Shown piece by piece: positions 31,983-43,001 of a stretch of 64,000 nucleotides of DNA; positions within the stretch are counted from its first letter, which is position 1, and each line of letters begins with the position of its first letter. The translations under genes and the position numbers were made by a program. Source of the stretch: Methanomicrobiales archaeon (GTDB taxonomy: Archaea; Halobacteriota; Methanomicrobia; Methanomicrobiales; Methanospirillaceae); NCBI GenBank assembly GCA_037137755.1, contig JBAXJR010000006.1, positions 19,653-83,652 on the forward strand. Direction: 5' to 3'. The notes under the pieces are model-generated. The model saw only the letters and a program-made list of their open reading frames with translations. It was not told the origin of the DNA and ran no database searches.

Positions 31983-32057
31983 TCGTATTTTTTTGGTAAT
32001 ACCGATACGTTATTTATATTTTTGAGGTTCATATTAATGGACAAAGTGATACTATCC

Positions 32058-32231
32058 ATGACTGCAATTGTTGACGAAGGAAAATGCACCGCCTGTGAGA
32101 CATGTGTCGATGAGTGCCCGGCCCAGGCAATTTTAATGAATAATGAAAAGGCAAAGGTTGACAAGGAACTGTGTGTTGATTGCGGCTCCTGTGTCGATGT
32201 ATGTCCATCTGAGGCAATCCACCTCGAATAA
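32058..32231 (+). CDS. 2x[4Fe-4S] ferredoxin
   Basis: CTACETCVDECP and CVDCGSCVDVCP. Confidence 0.93.
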   Translation: MTAIVDEGKCTACETCVDECPAQAILMNNEKAKVDKELCVDCGSCVDVCPSEAIHLE

Positions 32232-32277
32232 AAATCAAACGATTTAATTACTCCTATGCTATAGCTATTTTCTATCT

Positions 32278-33294
32278 ATGATCAATGTAGGAGTATTAGG
32301 CGCGACGGGCGCTGTAGGCCAGCGATTTGTACAACTTCTCGCTGACCATCCCTGGTTTCACCTCAAGACCCTCACTGCCTCAGACAGGAGTGCAGGAAAG
32401 TTATACCGGGACGTTGTAAACTGGCGGCTGGATGTGCCATTTCCGGATAAATTCGGCGATATCCGCATAAGCCCGACTACCACCGAGAGCCTGAAGGGTG
32501 TTGACCTGGTCTTCTCCGCATTGCCTGCAGAGATCGCAGGTAGTGTAGAGACCATGTGCGCTGATGCGGGTATCGGAGTCTGCAGCAATGCAAGCTCACA
32601 CCGCATGGAGAAGGATATCCCGCTTGTCGTCCCCGAGGTAAACCCTGATCACCTTGGACTTATTGATGTCCAGCGGGACAATGGAAGGGACGGGTTCATC
32701 GTAACAAATCCAAACTGTTCGACCATTATGCTTGTCATGTCTCTTGCACCCCTCAGGTCCTATGCATTCTCAGATGTAAGGGTAGCGACCATGCAGGCCA
32801 TATCAGGTGCCGGTTTCCAGGGCGTTGCGGCTATGGCGATCTATGACAATGTAATCCCCTACATCGGCGGGGAAGAACAGAAAATGGAGGCCGAATCCTT
32901 AAAGATTATGGGAGTTCTTGACGGTTCCATAGTGAAGGATGCTCCTTTCACTGTGAGCGCAAGCTGTCACCGCGTGCCGGTTATCGATGGTCATACCATG
33001 GCAGTATGGGTTGATATTAAGGAGAAGGTAGAGAACATCATCGAATCGTACAAGCTCTATACACCCCCTATCAGTGGTCTTCCTTCACAGCCGTTCAAAT
33101 CAGTCCACCTGTTTGACGAGCCTGACCGCCCCCAGCCGAGACTTGACCGGCTTCGCGGGGATGGAATGACCGTATCGGTAGGAAGAGTCCGTGAAGGGCT
33201 TCGGTACGTCACAATGGGGCATAATACGATCCGGGGAGCTGCCGGAGCTTCTGTCCTTAATGCTGAACTCATATACACGAAAAAATACCTCTGA
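32278..33294 (+). CDS. asd: Aspartate-semialdehyde dehydrogenase
   Basis: [34 protein letters not shown] and HNTIRGAAG. Confidence 0.96.
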   Translation: MINVGVLGATGAVGQRFVQLLADHPWFHLKTLTASDRSAGKLYRDVVNWRLDVPFPDKFGDIRISPTTTESLKGVDLVFSALPAEIAGSVETMCADAGIGVCSNASSHRMEKDIPLVVPEVNPDHLGLIDVQRDNGRDGFIVTNPNCSTIMLVMSLAPLRSYAFSDVRVATMQAISGAGFQGVAAMAIYDNVIPYIGGEEQKMEAESLKIMGVLDGSIVKDAPFTVSASCHRVPVIDGHTMAVWVDIKEKVENIIESYKLYTPPISGLPSQPFKSVHLFDEPDRPQPRLDRLRGDGMTVSVGRVREGLRYVTMGHNTIRGAAGASVLNAELIYTKKYL

Positions 33295-33307
33295 CGAGGC
33301 CATTGAC

Positions 33308-33601
33308 ATGATCAAAGATAATACCGTATTCGTTGGAAACAAACCCGTCATGAACTACGTTCTGGCGGTCGTCACTCAGTTCAACAACGGAGCACAGGAG
33401 GTTGCCATCAAGGCGAGGGGGAAGGCGATATCACGGGCGGTGGACACGGCTGAGATTTCACTAAACCGGTTCCTGGAAGGAGTCACTAAAAAAGAGATTA
33501 TTACCTGTACGGAGGTGATCGATACCGATAGCGGAAAGACAAATGTCTCAAGTATCGAGATCATCCTCTGCTCACAGTGCAGCGAATTAAAAAATCAATA
33601 A
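33308..33601 (+). CDS. albA: DNA/RNA-binding protein Alba
   Basis: [27 protein letters not shown] and NVSSIEI. Confidence 0.95.
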   Translation: MIKDNTVFVGNKPVMNYVLAVVTQFNNGAQEVAIKARGKAISRAVDTAEISLNRFLEGVTKKEIITCTEVIDTDSGKTNVSSIEIILCSQCSELKNQ

Positions 33602-33738
33602 TAAATTTTACCATTCTGTGACATTTTTAGGATATAATCCGTATTCTGTGGTTATTATTGAAATTGGCAGGGAATTTTGGGTTTTAATGTCCAAATTCAC
33701 CAGAAAGGATATAAGATTTGCACTGAAATATAGTACTG

Positions 33739-34185
33739 ATGAGAATAAGTGCCATCGCCGTACTGAGTATAGTTATTATTGGTATGGTGGTGCCGGTCGT
33801 TGCAACTAATGATGAGCGTTATAGTTACATCACGATTAATGATATGACGATTAATCTCGACAAGGGCCAGGCTAATATCAAGGTGAATTATACAATTGAC
33901 CCCGGAACCCAGCTGATTGTGTACCTCCTTGGTAAACAGGACCTGAAAATCAAGTTATTAAAAGTTTTAAATTATGAAGATGCCACGGTAAAAAATGTCG
34001 AAATGAATAGTGCAGAGATTCAGGTCAATGATATTTCCTATGATTATGGGAAAGGGATCTACTGGTTCCCTGAACACGAATTTAACGTTGTGATCCCAAG
34101 TCTTCGGGTTGTATCCCCACAGGCCGCTCGTGAATACCGTAATACCAGCAAATTCTCTGATGGTATGGGTTTTTTTGATCGGTAA
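33739..34185 (+). CDS. Secreted hypothetical protein
   Basis: N-terminal signal peptide; beta-rich mature region. Confidence 0.75.
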   Translation: MRISAIAVLSIVIIGMVVPVVATNDERYSYITINDMTINLDKGQANIKVNYTIDPGTQLIVYLLGKQDLKIKLLKVLNYEDATVKNVEMNSAEIQVNDISYDYGKGIYWFPEHEFNVVIPSLRVVSPQAAREYRNTSKFSDGMGFFDR

Positions 34186-34547
34186 AAAAAATTATCTGCC
34201 TGCACCAGGTACCCGGAAATGTAACCGTTCCCAATAAGAACAGACCCGGTATTGTAAAAAACTGGAAAGGGATTTAACCCGTTGTGACAACCAGGTTTTT
34301 CAATCACTCCAACATTTGTAATACCCTACAGACTCCACGGGTTTACAATATCCTTTCCGGGTGTAGACAGGGTGCTATATTGATCAGGCCTCGTCACGAA
34401 TTTATTTTTCGTCATTTTTATTCCAGATTGGGCTTTTGGATATTTCATTAGCCCTGTTGTCGTCACAGTAAATGTGCGGAAAAATTTCTTCCCTTAACGA
34501 TCAGAATACAAAAAGAGAAATATTCCGGTATACAGGATTATCAGAAC

Positions 34548-35684
34548 CTAAATCACTTCGATAAACTCTTCCACTGGTTGCTGACCTGATATCCAGCGGT
34601 TGATGTAACGCTGAATGCCCACTCCGGCAAATATGCAGGCAAAACCTCCTATAACCCCAAAGAATATAAACTGGAGTGCCGTCTCGGACGTATAGGGGAA
34701 ATCGGCGACGGTTGATACCGACATGACGTAAATGCTGGCTCCATAGGCGATCAAACCGACCGCACTGATGAAGAAAGGAAATACGATGACCTTTGCAAGT
34801 CCTTCCCGCTCGTAAAAGAAATTATCGATGATAATCCCAGCGGATGAAACTACACCCCCAAGGGTGATCCAGAGTACCGAACCATAGATAAATGTCACCA
34901 GGTACAGGAGAATCCCAAAAGATCCGTCAGATGAATAGTGCTCAAGAATACTCATCAGCCCTAAAACTATTCCCACGATGAGGAGCAGGATACCTACGAT
35001 GTAGGTGACAAAGGAAAACCGGGCCCTTTTTAATGAAGTCTTGAGGGCGTTCACAAACCCCCTGAATGCATCATCAATACCAAATCCACGGTACAGGAGA
35101 TAGACGCCAATAACCCCGACAACAATAATTGTCGCGATTTGTGGATACCCGAGAAGGTTAGCCACAGCATACAGGAGCATCGCGAGCCCAAGTGGGACCA
35201 GAAAAATCCTTGCAATTTTCGGGTCGTTTAAGAGTTTTTTGATAATATAATAGGTGCCTTCAAGGTTTGGGATCTGCGATACAACGACACGACGGATACT
35301 CGCCACCGGCAACTTGGACTGGATGATCGGGATGACAAATTCATCCTCCGCACCATCGGCCACCATGATGCAGCTTGTTACCCCGGTCTGTTTGACCACC
35401 ATTTCCAGGTGTTCAGCAATGCGGCGGTCGCCTTCAATCATATGCATATGGTTGCCGGAAATGAGTGCTACCTCGACGTCCTCACCCGCGGTTTTTAGCT
35501 CATCGTAGGTCTTTACTGCCTGGAAAATAGCATTCAAATCAGAATCTTCAGGATCGGCGAGCCCGAGACTTACTGCAGCATTGAGGCATTCTTCACGACC
35601 GATTACCGGGCTGACTATCCCTGCCTTGTAGCCGATATCATCGTCCCGGTCCACGGATAGGACCAGTGTTCGCCCCTGTGCCAT
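34548..35684 (-). CDS. DUF373 family membrane protein
   Basis: LVLSVDRDDDIG, LGLADPEDSDLN and DGAEDE motifs; multi-TM C-terminal half. Confidence 0.9.
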   Translation of the reverse strand: MAQGRTLVLSVDRDDDIGYKAGIVSPVIGREECLNAAVSLGLADPEDSDLNAIFQAVKTYDELKTAGEDVEVALISGNHMHMIEGDRRIAEHLEMVVKQTGVTSCIMVADGAEDEFVIPIIQSKLPVASIRRVVVSQIPNLEGTYYIIKKLLNDPKIARIFLVPLGLAMLLYAVANLLGYPQIATIIVVGVIGVYLLYRGFGIDDAFRGFVNALKTSLKRARFSFVTYIVGILLLIVGIVLGLMSILEHYSSDGSFGILLYLVTFIYGSVLWITLGGVVSSAGIIIDNFFYEREGLAKVIVFPFFISAVGLIAYGASIYVMSVSTVADFPYTSETALQFIFFGVIGGFACIFAGVGIQRYINRWISGQQPVEEFIEVI

Positions 35685-35755
35685 TTCAGTATAGAAATAG
35701 ACCACGAATCTATTAAATAATTGCCCGTGCAGGGAAAAAATGGGTATATTTACAA

Positions 35756-36616
35756 TTATAGCATTTTTGAACGCTGGAGGAGCAGGAGATCATCGGTGGT
35801 AAGTTTCTCACCGGAACGGAACATCTTGAATATATGTTCTGCCTCTTTCCTGACGGCTTTCTGCTCTTTGGTAACTTTAACTTTCTTGGTCTTCTTGCGG
35901 AGCCCGGAGATGACCTTATCATAGTCACGAAGTTCCTTCTGGCATGCAATGAAGAATTTATGTTCAGCATCGGCGGCTTCCTGTGCCTCAACAAAGAGCC
36001 TGTGTTGTGCATCAGCCTCTTCACGCGACTTGTCAGCTTTCCGGTAGAATTCCACCATCAGGTCGTGGTGTTTCTGGGCAAGCTCCGCCATCTCGGTGAC
36101 TTTTGCATGAATGTCGGATGCCTCTTTCCGGTATTCCCGTGCAGAGGTGATCTTGGTTTTGATCTCCTTATTCTGCTCTAATTCGGCCTCCTGTTCCCGT
36201 ACGGAGGATTTCATCTGCTTAATCTTGTCGATCAGCTCGCGTTCCTTATCGGTGCTGATAACCTCGGTCTGCTGGCGGAATTCAAGGTGCTCGATCTGTT
36301 TCTGGATCTCCTTGATGCCCCGGTTTTTTACACCGCCATGCTCCTTTTTGAAGGACTCAATTTCATCAAAAAATTCGTTGGCCTTCTCATTCAGGTCATT
36401 CCGGCGGTCTTTAAATGACTGGACTTCATTGTTGAATTTATCCCGGAGGTCCTTGTTGGTCTGCGCCTCTTCAACATACTCCCGTGTCTTATTGTTTAAG
36501 GCGTTCCGCTCTTTTGCATACTTGCTTGCAGCTGCGTTCAGCTCATTTCTTCGGTTTTTATGCTGTTCAGACTCGGCGAGAATCTTTTTTCTCTTCTCAA
36601 TTAATTCGTTCAACAT
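35756..36616 (-). CDS. Conserved archaeal coiled-coil protein (COG1340-like)
   Basis: Heptad-rich K/E sequence, LEFRQQT, and C-terminal GEKLTTDDLLLLQ; paired with DUF373. Start at MLNELIEK. Confidence 0.88.
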   Translation of the reverse strand: MLNELIEKRKKILAESEQHKNRRNELNAAASKYAKERNALNNKTREYVEEAQTNKDLRDKFNNEVQSFKDRRNDLNEKANEFFDEIESFKKEHGGVKNRGIKEIQKQIEHLEFRQQTEVISTDKERELIDKIKQMKSSVREQEAELEQNKEIKTKITSAREYRKEASDIHAKVTEMAELAQKHHDLMVEFYRKADKSREEADAQHRLFVEAQEAADAEHKFFIACQKELRDYDKVISGLRKKTKKVKVTKEQKAVRKEAEHIFKMFRSGEKLTTDDLLLLQRSKML

Positions 36617-37232
36617 GCAATACTCATCCTCGATAATCGATTCCGGTAATACCCTCGGACAGGAAAGAAAAATTGTTGTGATAGCGGTGTGGCAGGATGA
36701 GGGAGGAAAGGACAACCACGGCTAAAAATCACGTCGTTTTCCGGTAGAACTGTTGTAGGTGAAATTAACCCTGAAGCAATCCGGAGAAACGGTAATTTTT
36801 GAGCGCAACCTGCGTTGCCCTTGTTCATCTGACGGTTCATGATGTTCAACTCCCGATACCTATCTGCTGTTTGAGTCCCCGTGGCGGTTGACTCCGGGCA
36901 GACACACAGTATTCCAGATGAGGGATTATCTGAAAGACTTTCTATTATTTAAAAGACATCGGAATTATTAAGGGTTTCGCCGTACATGCGAACACCGGGT
37001 TAGATTACGGGGCCCGGATTTTTTCACCATGGTAATCGCAGGGGCAGAAAACCAAAAAGGAAGATAATTCATGGAAATTAAAAAGTATTTCAGTCGTACA
37101 GATTATAGAAGATCACTCAATATCTGGTAAGAGAAAAAGAAATCAGGCAAAGCGACTACAATTTTACTAAAAAACCCGGAAAATGCAAAATTACTCAAAA
37201 GTGGAAGAGTTGTGGTGTAACAGAATTTTTGG

Positions 37233-38387
37233 TTACCCTACCCATTCCAGAAGACTTCCGCCGCTTGTCATGTCGCGGGATTTCCTGTTTTTTGGCAGTT
37301 CTACCATCTTTGGATTTGCTTTTTTCTGGTCCATCTCCTCGATCATTGACTTGTATGTCTGGCGGTTTCCAAGGAGTGCTCCTTTTTCCACACCGGTCAT
37401 GATAGCAAGGACCCGCACTTTACCTTCCATATCGTTCCGAACACGGGCACCCCAGATAACGTCTGCATGGGGATCGAGTTCGTACGTAAGCGATGTGGCG
37501 ATTTCCTCGGCGTCCTGAAGTGTAAGGTCGCTTCCTCCCGTGATATGAATCAGGCTTCCTGTCGCCCCACGGTAATCGATATCAAGCATCGGGTTTGAGA
37601 GGCATTCCCTGACTACGCTCTCTGATTTGTTCTGCTGCTTGCTTTCACCCACCAGCATAACTGCTACTCCGCCCTTGCTCATAATCGCGCGCACATCTGC
37701 GTAATCGATATTAATCAATGACGGCTCTGTGATGGTTTCGCTGATGCCTTTTACGGTCTCCCCGATTAACTGGTCCATTACCGAGAAGGCCTGTCCGAGT
37801 GGCAGGTTAGGTACGAAGTTCTTAAGCCTGTTGTTGTCAAGGACAATTACTGAGTCCGATGCAGCAGATAATGCCTCAAGACCTTCTTCGGCCCGGATAA
37901 GGCGTGCTTTTTCCACCTGGAACGGGTAACTTACCATTCCTACAACAATTGCACCCTGTTCTTTTGCGATCTGGGCAACAACCGGTGCTGAACCGGTTCC
38001 TGTACCCCCACCCATACCGGCTGTAATGAAACAGAGATCTGCGGATTCAAGGAGTGCTTCGAGAGTCGGCCGTGCCATCTCTGCCGCACGTTTGCCTACA
38101 TCCGGGTAGCCGCCGGCACCAAGTCCCCTGGTGAGTGATTTACCGATAAGGACTCTTTTGTCTGCCTGGACCATGTCAAGGTGCTGTTTATCGGTATTGA
38201 TCGCGATAGTTTCAGCACCGTTTACCCCCATGTGGTGTAACCGGTTGACGGTGTTGTTTCCCGCGCCACCGCATCCGATGATCACAATACGCGGCTGCCC
38301 GACAAAATCATCGTCAATTGCACCCCCGTTTTTCATCTCCTTTTCAATCTCTGAATTTTTCAATGCCTCGTTGATAATAGTCTGCAT
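37233..38387 (-). CDS. ftsZ: Cell division protein FtsZ (FtsZ2 type)
   Basis: [22 protein letters not shown] tubulin signature and NIDYAD; downstream of an RHH gene. Confidence 0.96.
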   Translation of the reverse strand: MQTIINEALKNSEIEKEMKNGGAIDDDFVGQPRIVIIGCGGAGNNTVNRLHHMGVNGAETIAINTDKQHLDMVQADKRVLIGKSLTRGLGAGGYPDVGKRAAEMARPTLEALLESADLCFITAGMGGGTGTGSAPVVAQIAKEQGAIVVGMVSYPFQVEKARLIRAEEGLEALSAASDSVIVLDNNRLKNFVPNLPLGQAFSVMDQLIGETVKGISETITEPSLINIDYADVRAIMSKGGVAVMLVGESKQQNKSESVVRECLSNPMLDIDYRGATGSLIHITGGSDLTLQDAEEIATSLTYELDPHADVIWGARVRNDMEGKVRVLAIMTGVEKGALLGNRQTYKSMIEEMDQKKANPKMVELPKNRKSRDMTSGGSLLEWVG

Positions 38388-38401
38388 CTTTACATACCCT
38401 C

Positions 38402-38581
38402 CTAAACCTTGAATGAAACCTGGTCGCTGTCTCTGATTATACGGCCTGATCGCCGTTCGATGAGCTGACGAACCGCATCCCGCACCGCTTCTGAGACTGT
38501 GGGGAACTCTCCGGCATCTACCATCTGCTCTAGCAATTCAATTTGTTGTTCGGGTAACCGGAGTGTGATTCGTTTCATCAT
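38402..38581 (-). CDS. cdrS: Ribbon-helix-helix regulator CdrS
   Basis: [38 protein letters not shown] is a CopG/RHH fold; cdrS-ftsZ2 synteny. Confidence 0.85.
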   Translation of the reverse strand: MMKRITLRLPEQQIELLEQMVDAGEFPTVSEAVRDAVRQLIERRSGRIIRDSDQVSFKV

Positions 38582-38595
38582 AGTTTTCACCCTTT

Positions 38596-38633
38596 TCTGA
38601 CAATTGGCTGACATATGTCAGACAATTGACAGA
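38596..38633. promoter_or_regulatory. 38-bp near-perfect palindrome, candidate CdrS operator
   Basis: TCTGACAATTG-G-CTGACATATGTCAG-A-CAATTGACAGA, 15-52 bp upstream of the cdrS start. Confidence 0.55.
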
Positions 38634-38790
38634 CGGATAGATCCTATACGTCTGACTAACCAGATAAACCACAATATTACGTTTATCTATTTAAACCTTT
38701 TTAGATCTCCCAGGGTCAGTTTAAAGAGGGCAGACTCGCAACGAATTTAAACCCTTATACTCAACATAAATCAATAATTGAGGCGAAATT

Positions 38791-39789
38791 GTGGGTTGGG
38801 AACTTCCGGTTAAAGTAAGGCACGGGGGGAAGATAAAACAACACCTCGAGAAGACAGGGCACCCTGCCATAGATTTCAGTGCGAGCCTGAATCCTTTCCC
38901 ACCTGCCATGGAATGGGATTTTCCCCCCTCTCTTCTTGACCATTACCCTGACGATGATTATATCCGGTTAAAGGAAATAATCGGCCACCTGTTCCACCGG
39001 GACGTAGAAGAAATTGCAGTGGGTAACGGGTCAATAGAATTAATACGTTCATTTTGCCAGGTGATATTCCGAAAGAAAGGCGCGGCAAAGATAGGTACTC
39101 CAACGTTTGGGGAATATCTCCTGTCTGTGCAGCTGGCAGGCGGACACCCGGTGAAGGAAGGAGAAATTCCCTCAGCCGCATTCCTCTGCAATCCGAATAA
39201 CCCGACAGGACAACTCGTAAACAAAAAAGATGTTTCCAAGCTCCTCAAATCGTACGCAGACCGGGGTACTTACCTGTTCCTTGACGAAGCATTTATTGAA
39301 CTGTCAGATCCCGCGGAGAGTCTTATTGGTACGAGGGATAATCACCTGTGTATCCTTCGTTCACTGACAAAGTGTTTTTCAGTACCTGGTCTCCGGTTTG
39401 GGTACGCATTTGCCGACCCCGACCTGGTATGCGCCCTGGAAGTAATGCGTTCTCCCTGGAGTGTGAATGCATTTGCAGAATATTTTGCAATCCAGGCTTT
39501 CAATAAATACCAAGAACTTGAAGAATCACGAAGAAAAATCAGGATCGAGTGCAATTATCTTGTAAAATCTCTCCGTGACCTCGGGTTTTCCGTAACCCCG
39601 CCCACTGCCAATTTTATCCTGGCTGACACCGGAAAAGATTCCGGGGCCCTGTGTGATTCACTGGCCTGCCATGGAATACTTGTCCGCGACTGCGCATCTT
39701 TTGGCCTCCCTCATTCAATCAGGATATCAGTCCGGACCAGATCAGAGAATAAATCTCTCATCGAGGCTTTAAACGAATGCGTGCACTGA
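38791..39789 (+). CDS. cobD: Threonine-phosphate decarboxylase CobD (HisC-like PLP enzyme)
   Basis: HGG, DFSASLNP, GNGSIELI, CNPNNPTG, DEAF and RSLTKCFSVPGLRFG; next to cobY. Confidence 0.8.
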   Translation: MGWELPVKVRHGGKIKQHLEKTGHPAIDFSASLNPFPPAMEWDFPPSLLDHYPDDDYIRLKEIIGHLFHRDVEEIAVGNGSIELIRSFCQVIFRKKGAAKIGTPTFGEYLLSVQLAGGHPVKEGEIPSAAFLCNPNNPTGQLVNKKDVSKLLKSYADRGTYLFLDEAFIELSDPAESLIGTRDNHLCILRSLTKCFSVPGLRFGYAFADPDLVCALEVMRSPWSVNAFAEYFAIQAFNKYQELEESRRKIRIECNYLVKSLRDLGFSVTPPTANFILADTGKDSGALCDSLACHGILVRDCASFGLPHSIRISVRTRSENKSLIEALNECVH

Positions 39790-40379
39790 TAATGGCTGGT
39801 GGTGCCGGCACACGCCTCATGCTTGGGGAAAAACCGCTGGTGACAATAAACGGGACACCTATGATATCTCTGGTCCTGTCTGCGTTTCAAAAGACAGGGT
39901 ACGATCCGATAATTGTTACATCCCCAAGGACACCCTTCACCATGAACTGGGCAAGAGCGAATAGAATTGAATACTTCAGGGGAGCCGGGCATGGATACAT
40001 ACGGGACCTGCAGGAGGCGGTGAAATCTATTGAAGAAACCGGCCCGTTTTTTACCTGTGTGGCAGATCTCCCCTGTCTTTCCGCGAGTCATATAATTGAA
40101 ATACGAACCGCATACGAATCTTCGGGAAAAGAGGCTCTTTCCGCCTGGGTGCCTGCCCGATGCCCCGCAGAAGCGGTTGAAATGCCTTATACCGAGTGTA
40201 TCTGCGGCGTTGATGCCTGTCCCGCTGGAATTAATATCCTCATGGGTGACCGCATGGATCGCCCACAGGAGGAAGAAAAATTTCTCCTGGTGGACCGTCA
40301 CCTTGCATATAATATCAATACCAGGAGCGATCTGGAACGGGTACGCCGTTTTTTTTCACGTTCACTACTACAGAAGTAA
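39777..40379 (+). CDS. cobY: Adenosylcobinamide-phosphate guanylyltransferase (NTP transferase)
   Basis: ALIMAGGAGTRL..GEKP, GYIRDL, ADLP and NINT..DL. Confidence 0.85.
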   Translation: MRALIMAGGAGTRLMLGEKPLVTINGTPMISLVLSAFQKTGYDPIIVTSPRTPFTMNWARANRIEYFRGAGHGYIRDLQEAVKSIEETGPFFTCVADLPCLSASHIIEIRTAYESSGKEALSAWVPARCPAEAVEMPYTECICGVDACPAGINILMGDRMDRPQEEEKFLLVDRHLAYNINTRSDLERVRRFFSRSLLQK

Positions 40380-40657
40380 AACAATCCTGGTAACTGCAAG
40401 GATAAATTACGTTTTTTTTAAATCCATAAAAACAGACTTCAAGCTGGATTTGATAAAAATATTTTTGAAAACAAACGAATGGTATTTCAGTATTCGGGGA
40501 AGCAAGGTCTGCGCATGATTTAGGGAAATTCCTGGGACACAATGTAATTGATCCAGGTATTTTAGCTCCCGGATTATACATTGAATTACAAGAAAAAAAA
40601 TTACGACCGGATTAAAGCAAAAATAAAATAAAATAGCAGCAGAGCCCATATTCTATT

Positions 40658-41896
40658 ATGGAAGCCTCGCGGGAGATCGAGCTTGAAGGCCATATTATCG
40701 ACTCGGGCATCATGACTCAGATCTTTGATAAGATAATGGATATGGGGGGTAATTTTGAGATCCTCGTATTTGATGTAGGAAAGCAGAAGACAGACCCCAG
40801 CTATGCGCGCCTGAAAGTAAATGCCGCGAATGATGAACGAGTCGATGCCATCATCTCCGAGCTTCACCGCTATGGAGCCCGTCTCCTTGCAATCGCTGAT
40901 GTCAACGTAATACCTGCCGAGGCTGACCGTGTTGTTCCAAAAGGCTTCTATTCAACAACCAACTACCCGACATCGGTGAAATACCGTGAGTCATGGATCC
41001 CTGTCCAGGCAATAGAGATGGATTGCCTGGTTGTGCTTGATACAGAGAGGCTCGTTGCAAGGAGCACCCCCCTGTCAAAACTAAAGAAAAATGATATGGT
41101 TGTGGTCGGTGAGCAGGGTGTAAGGATTGTCCCCCCGGAACGGCCAAGGGAAAAGACCAACTTCGAATTCATGCATGGGACGGTATCTTCAGAACGTCCC
41201 AGTGAAACGATAATCGCGAGGGTTGCGAAAGAGATCCTCGAGGTACACAGGAAAGGTGGAAAAATTGCCCTCGTGGGTGGGCCTGCAATCATTCATACCG
41301 GTGCTGACATGGCACTGGCGGAGATTATCAGGAAAGGTTACATCAACGTCCTTTTTGCAGGGAATGCGCTTGCCACTCATGATATAGAGTATAACCTGTT
41401 TGGGACCTCGCTGGGGATGGACCTGTCAACGGGTAAGCCCGTTACCGGTGGGCACAAAAACCACCTGTATGCAATAAGTGAGATCATGAGGGCAGGGTCA
41501 ATTAAAAAGGCGGTTGAACAGGGCATTATCACGGGAGGGATCATGTACGAATGTGTGAAGAACGATGTGCCTTTCGTACTGGCAGGTTCCATCAGGGATG
41601 ACGGTCCCCTCCCCGATGTGATTACTGACATCCTTGAGGCACAGGACCGGATGCGAGATTATACCCAGTCATGCAGCATGGTCCTGATGGTGGCAACGCT
41701 GCTCCATTCAATCGCGGTGGGAAACTGTCTCCCCTCGTATGTCAAGACCGTATGTGTTGACATCAATCCGTCGTCCGTGACAAAATTAATGGACAGGGGG
41801 ACTATGCAGGCAATAGGGGTGGTAAGTGATGCCGGAACATTCCTGCCCCTCCTGGCAAAACAACTTGATATCCAGAGTGGATGCAGCGAAATCTGA
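40658..41896 (+). CDS. Ornithine cyclodeaminase-like protein (TIGR00300 / LOR-SDH conserved domain family)
   Basis: GHIIDSG, FYSTTN, FEFM..VSSERP, GNALATHDIE, LAGSIRDDGPLPD and LHSIAVGN. Confidence 0.88.
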   Translation: MEASREIELEGHIIDSGIMTQIFDKIMDMGGNFEILVFDVGKQKTDPSYARLKVNAANDERVDAIISELHRYGARLLAIADVNVIPAEADRVVPKGFYSTTNYPTSVKYRESWIPVQAIEMDCLVVLDTERLVARSTPLSKLKKNDMVVVGEQGVRIVPPERPREKTNFEFMHGTVSSERPSETIIARVAKEILEVHRKGGKIALVGGPAIIHTGADMALAEIIRKGYINVLFAGNALATHDIEYNLFGTSLGMDLSTGKPVTGGHKNHLYAISEIMRAGSIKKAVEQGIITGGIMYECVKNDVPFVLAGSIRDDGPLPDVITDILEAQDRMRDYTQSCSMVLMVATLLHSIAVGNCLPSYVKTVCVDINPSSVTKLMDRGTMQAIGVVSDAGTFLPLLAKQLDIQSGCSEI

Positions 41897-41989
41897 CGCA
41901 TATATCCGGACACTTTTTTCTATAGAGTTGCACCGACCTCTTCGTTATGCGCTGGGAGCGTTTACAATAGTAATGCCAGATAAACTTCT

Positions 41990-42976
41990 CTACCGTGTAA
42001 GTGGCATGCACCAGGGCATTTCCTGTGACATTACAAGCTCCCACTCATCCCTGCAGGGGCACTCCATGTTAGAAATAGCCTGAATCACCGACCGATCGCC
42101 TGACATGGAGTAAAATTTTATTGCATCAATAATATCCCTGTCACACTCACCACAGTTATGCGCCCCTCGTGATTGTCCGCCCCCAAGTGGATCGCACAGA
42201 ACTTCCATTGGTGCAGTTGCAAGAACATCCGCCACGCTCCAGAGATATGGTGGGCGATAGGCCCCCTGTCTCCAGTAACGTTCCATATCAGTACCCCGTT
42301 GTACCGTGCAGGTATTCATCGAGATGATATCCGCATTGCCTGAAAGGTCGGCCAGTGACTGCTTCATATCAGTCAAAGCTTCTTTTTCTGTCAGGAAAAG
42401 AGGTTTCATAAGGAGGTATGCTTTTACTCCCACCCCGGCAACCCTCGCTGCCCGGACCGCCTGGTTATAATCATCGAAGGAAAAACCCTTGTCAATGGAT
42501 TTTTCCCTTATCTGGTCGTTCGTTGTTTCGAGCCCGATAGCGACATACAGCGGTTTTGCGTTTGTCCCATCATCGATACGCGATATGAAATCTCCGAGTA
42601 TTTCCTCATTCACGTATTCCGGCCGGGTTTCCGCGATGATTATTTTACCCCTGAATAAGACACCTGCTTCTTCAAGCACGGCATGTGGGACTTCGTCGGG
42701 ATCAAAGAAACTGCCGGAAGTATACAATTTTATTATTTCAATGTCATCTATCGGAATAGCATGTGTTACAAACCGGAGTTGCCGGATGAGGCGGTCCGCA
42801 AGCTCTTTCTTTGAAAGTCCCACATACCGTTCATGCCGGTAACTGCACATCAGGCAACGATTCCAGGAACACCCGCCGGACTTTAAAATTATTGTCAGTG
42901 TTTTTTGTTCCCGGCCTTCATGTCGATCGGTCCCCTGCCAGAAGGCAAGCGGCTTTTCCTCCTCATTAGCAAGCAT
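41990..42976 (-). CDS. Archaeosine biosynthesis radical SAM protein RaSEA (TIGR01210)
   Basis: GCSWNRCLMCSY, KLYTSGSFFD, ETRPEY, GLET, YLLMKP, YRPPYLWS and RGAHNCGECD. Confidence 0.9.
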   Translation of the reverse strand: MLANEEEKPLAFWQGTDRHEGREQKTLTIILKSGGCSWNRCLMCSYRHERYVGLSKKELADRLIRQLRFVTHAIPIDDIEIIKLYTSGSFFDPDEVPHAVLEEAGVLFRGKIIIAETRPEYVNEEILGDFISRIDDGTNAKPLYVAIGLETTNDQIREKSIDKGFSFDDYNQAVRAARVAGVGVKAYLLMKPLFLTEKEALTDMKQSLADLSGNADIISMNTCTVQRGTDMERYWRQGAYRPPYLWSVADVLATAPMEVLCDPLGGGQSRGAHNCGECDRDIIDAIKFYSMSGDRSVIQAISNMECPCRDEWELVMSQEMPWCMPLTR

Positions 42977-43001
42977 TAACAGCTTACTAGTTGAACGTTA
43001 T

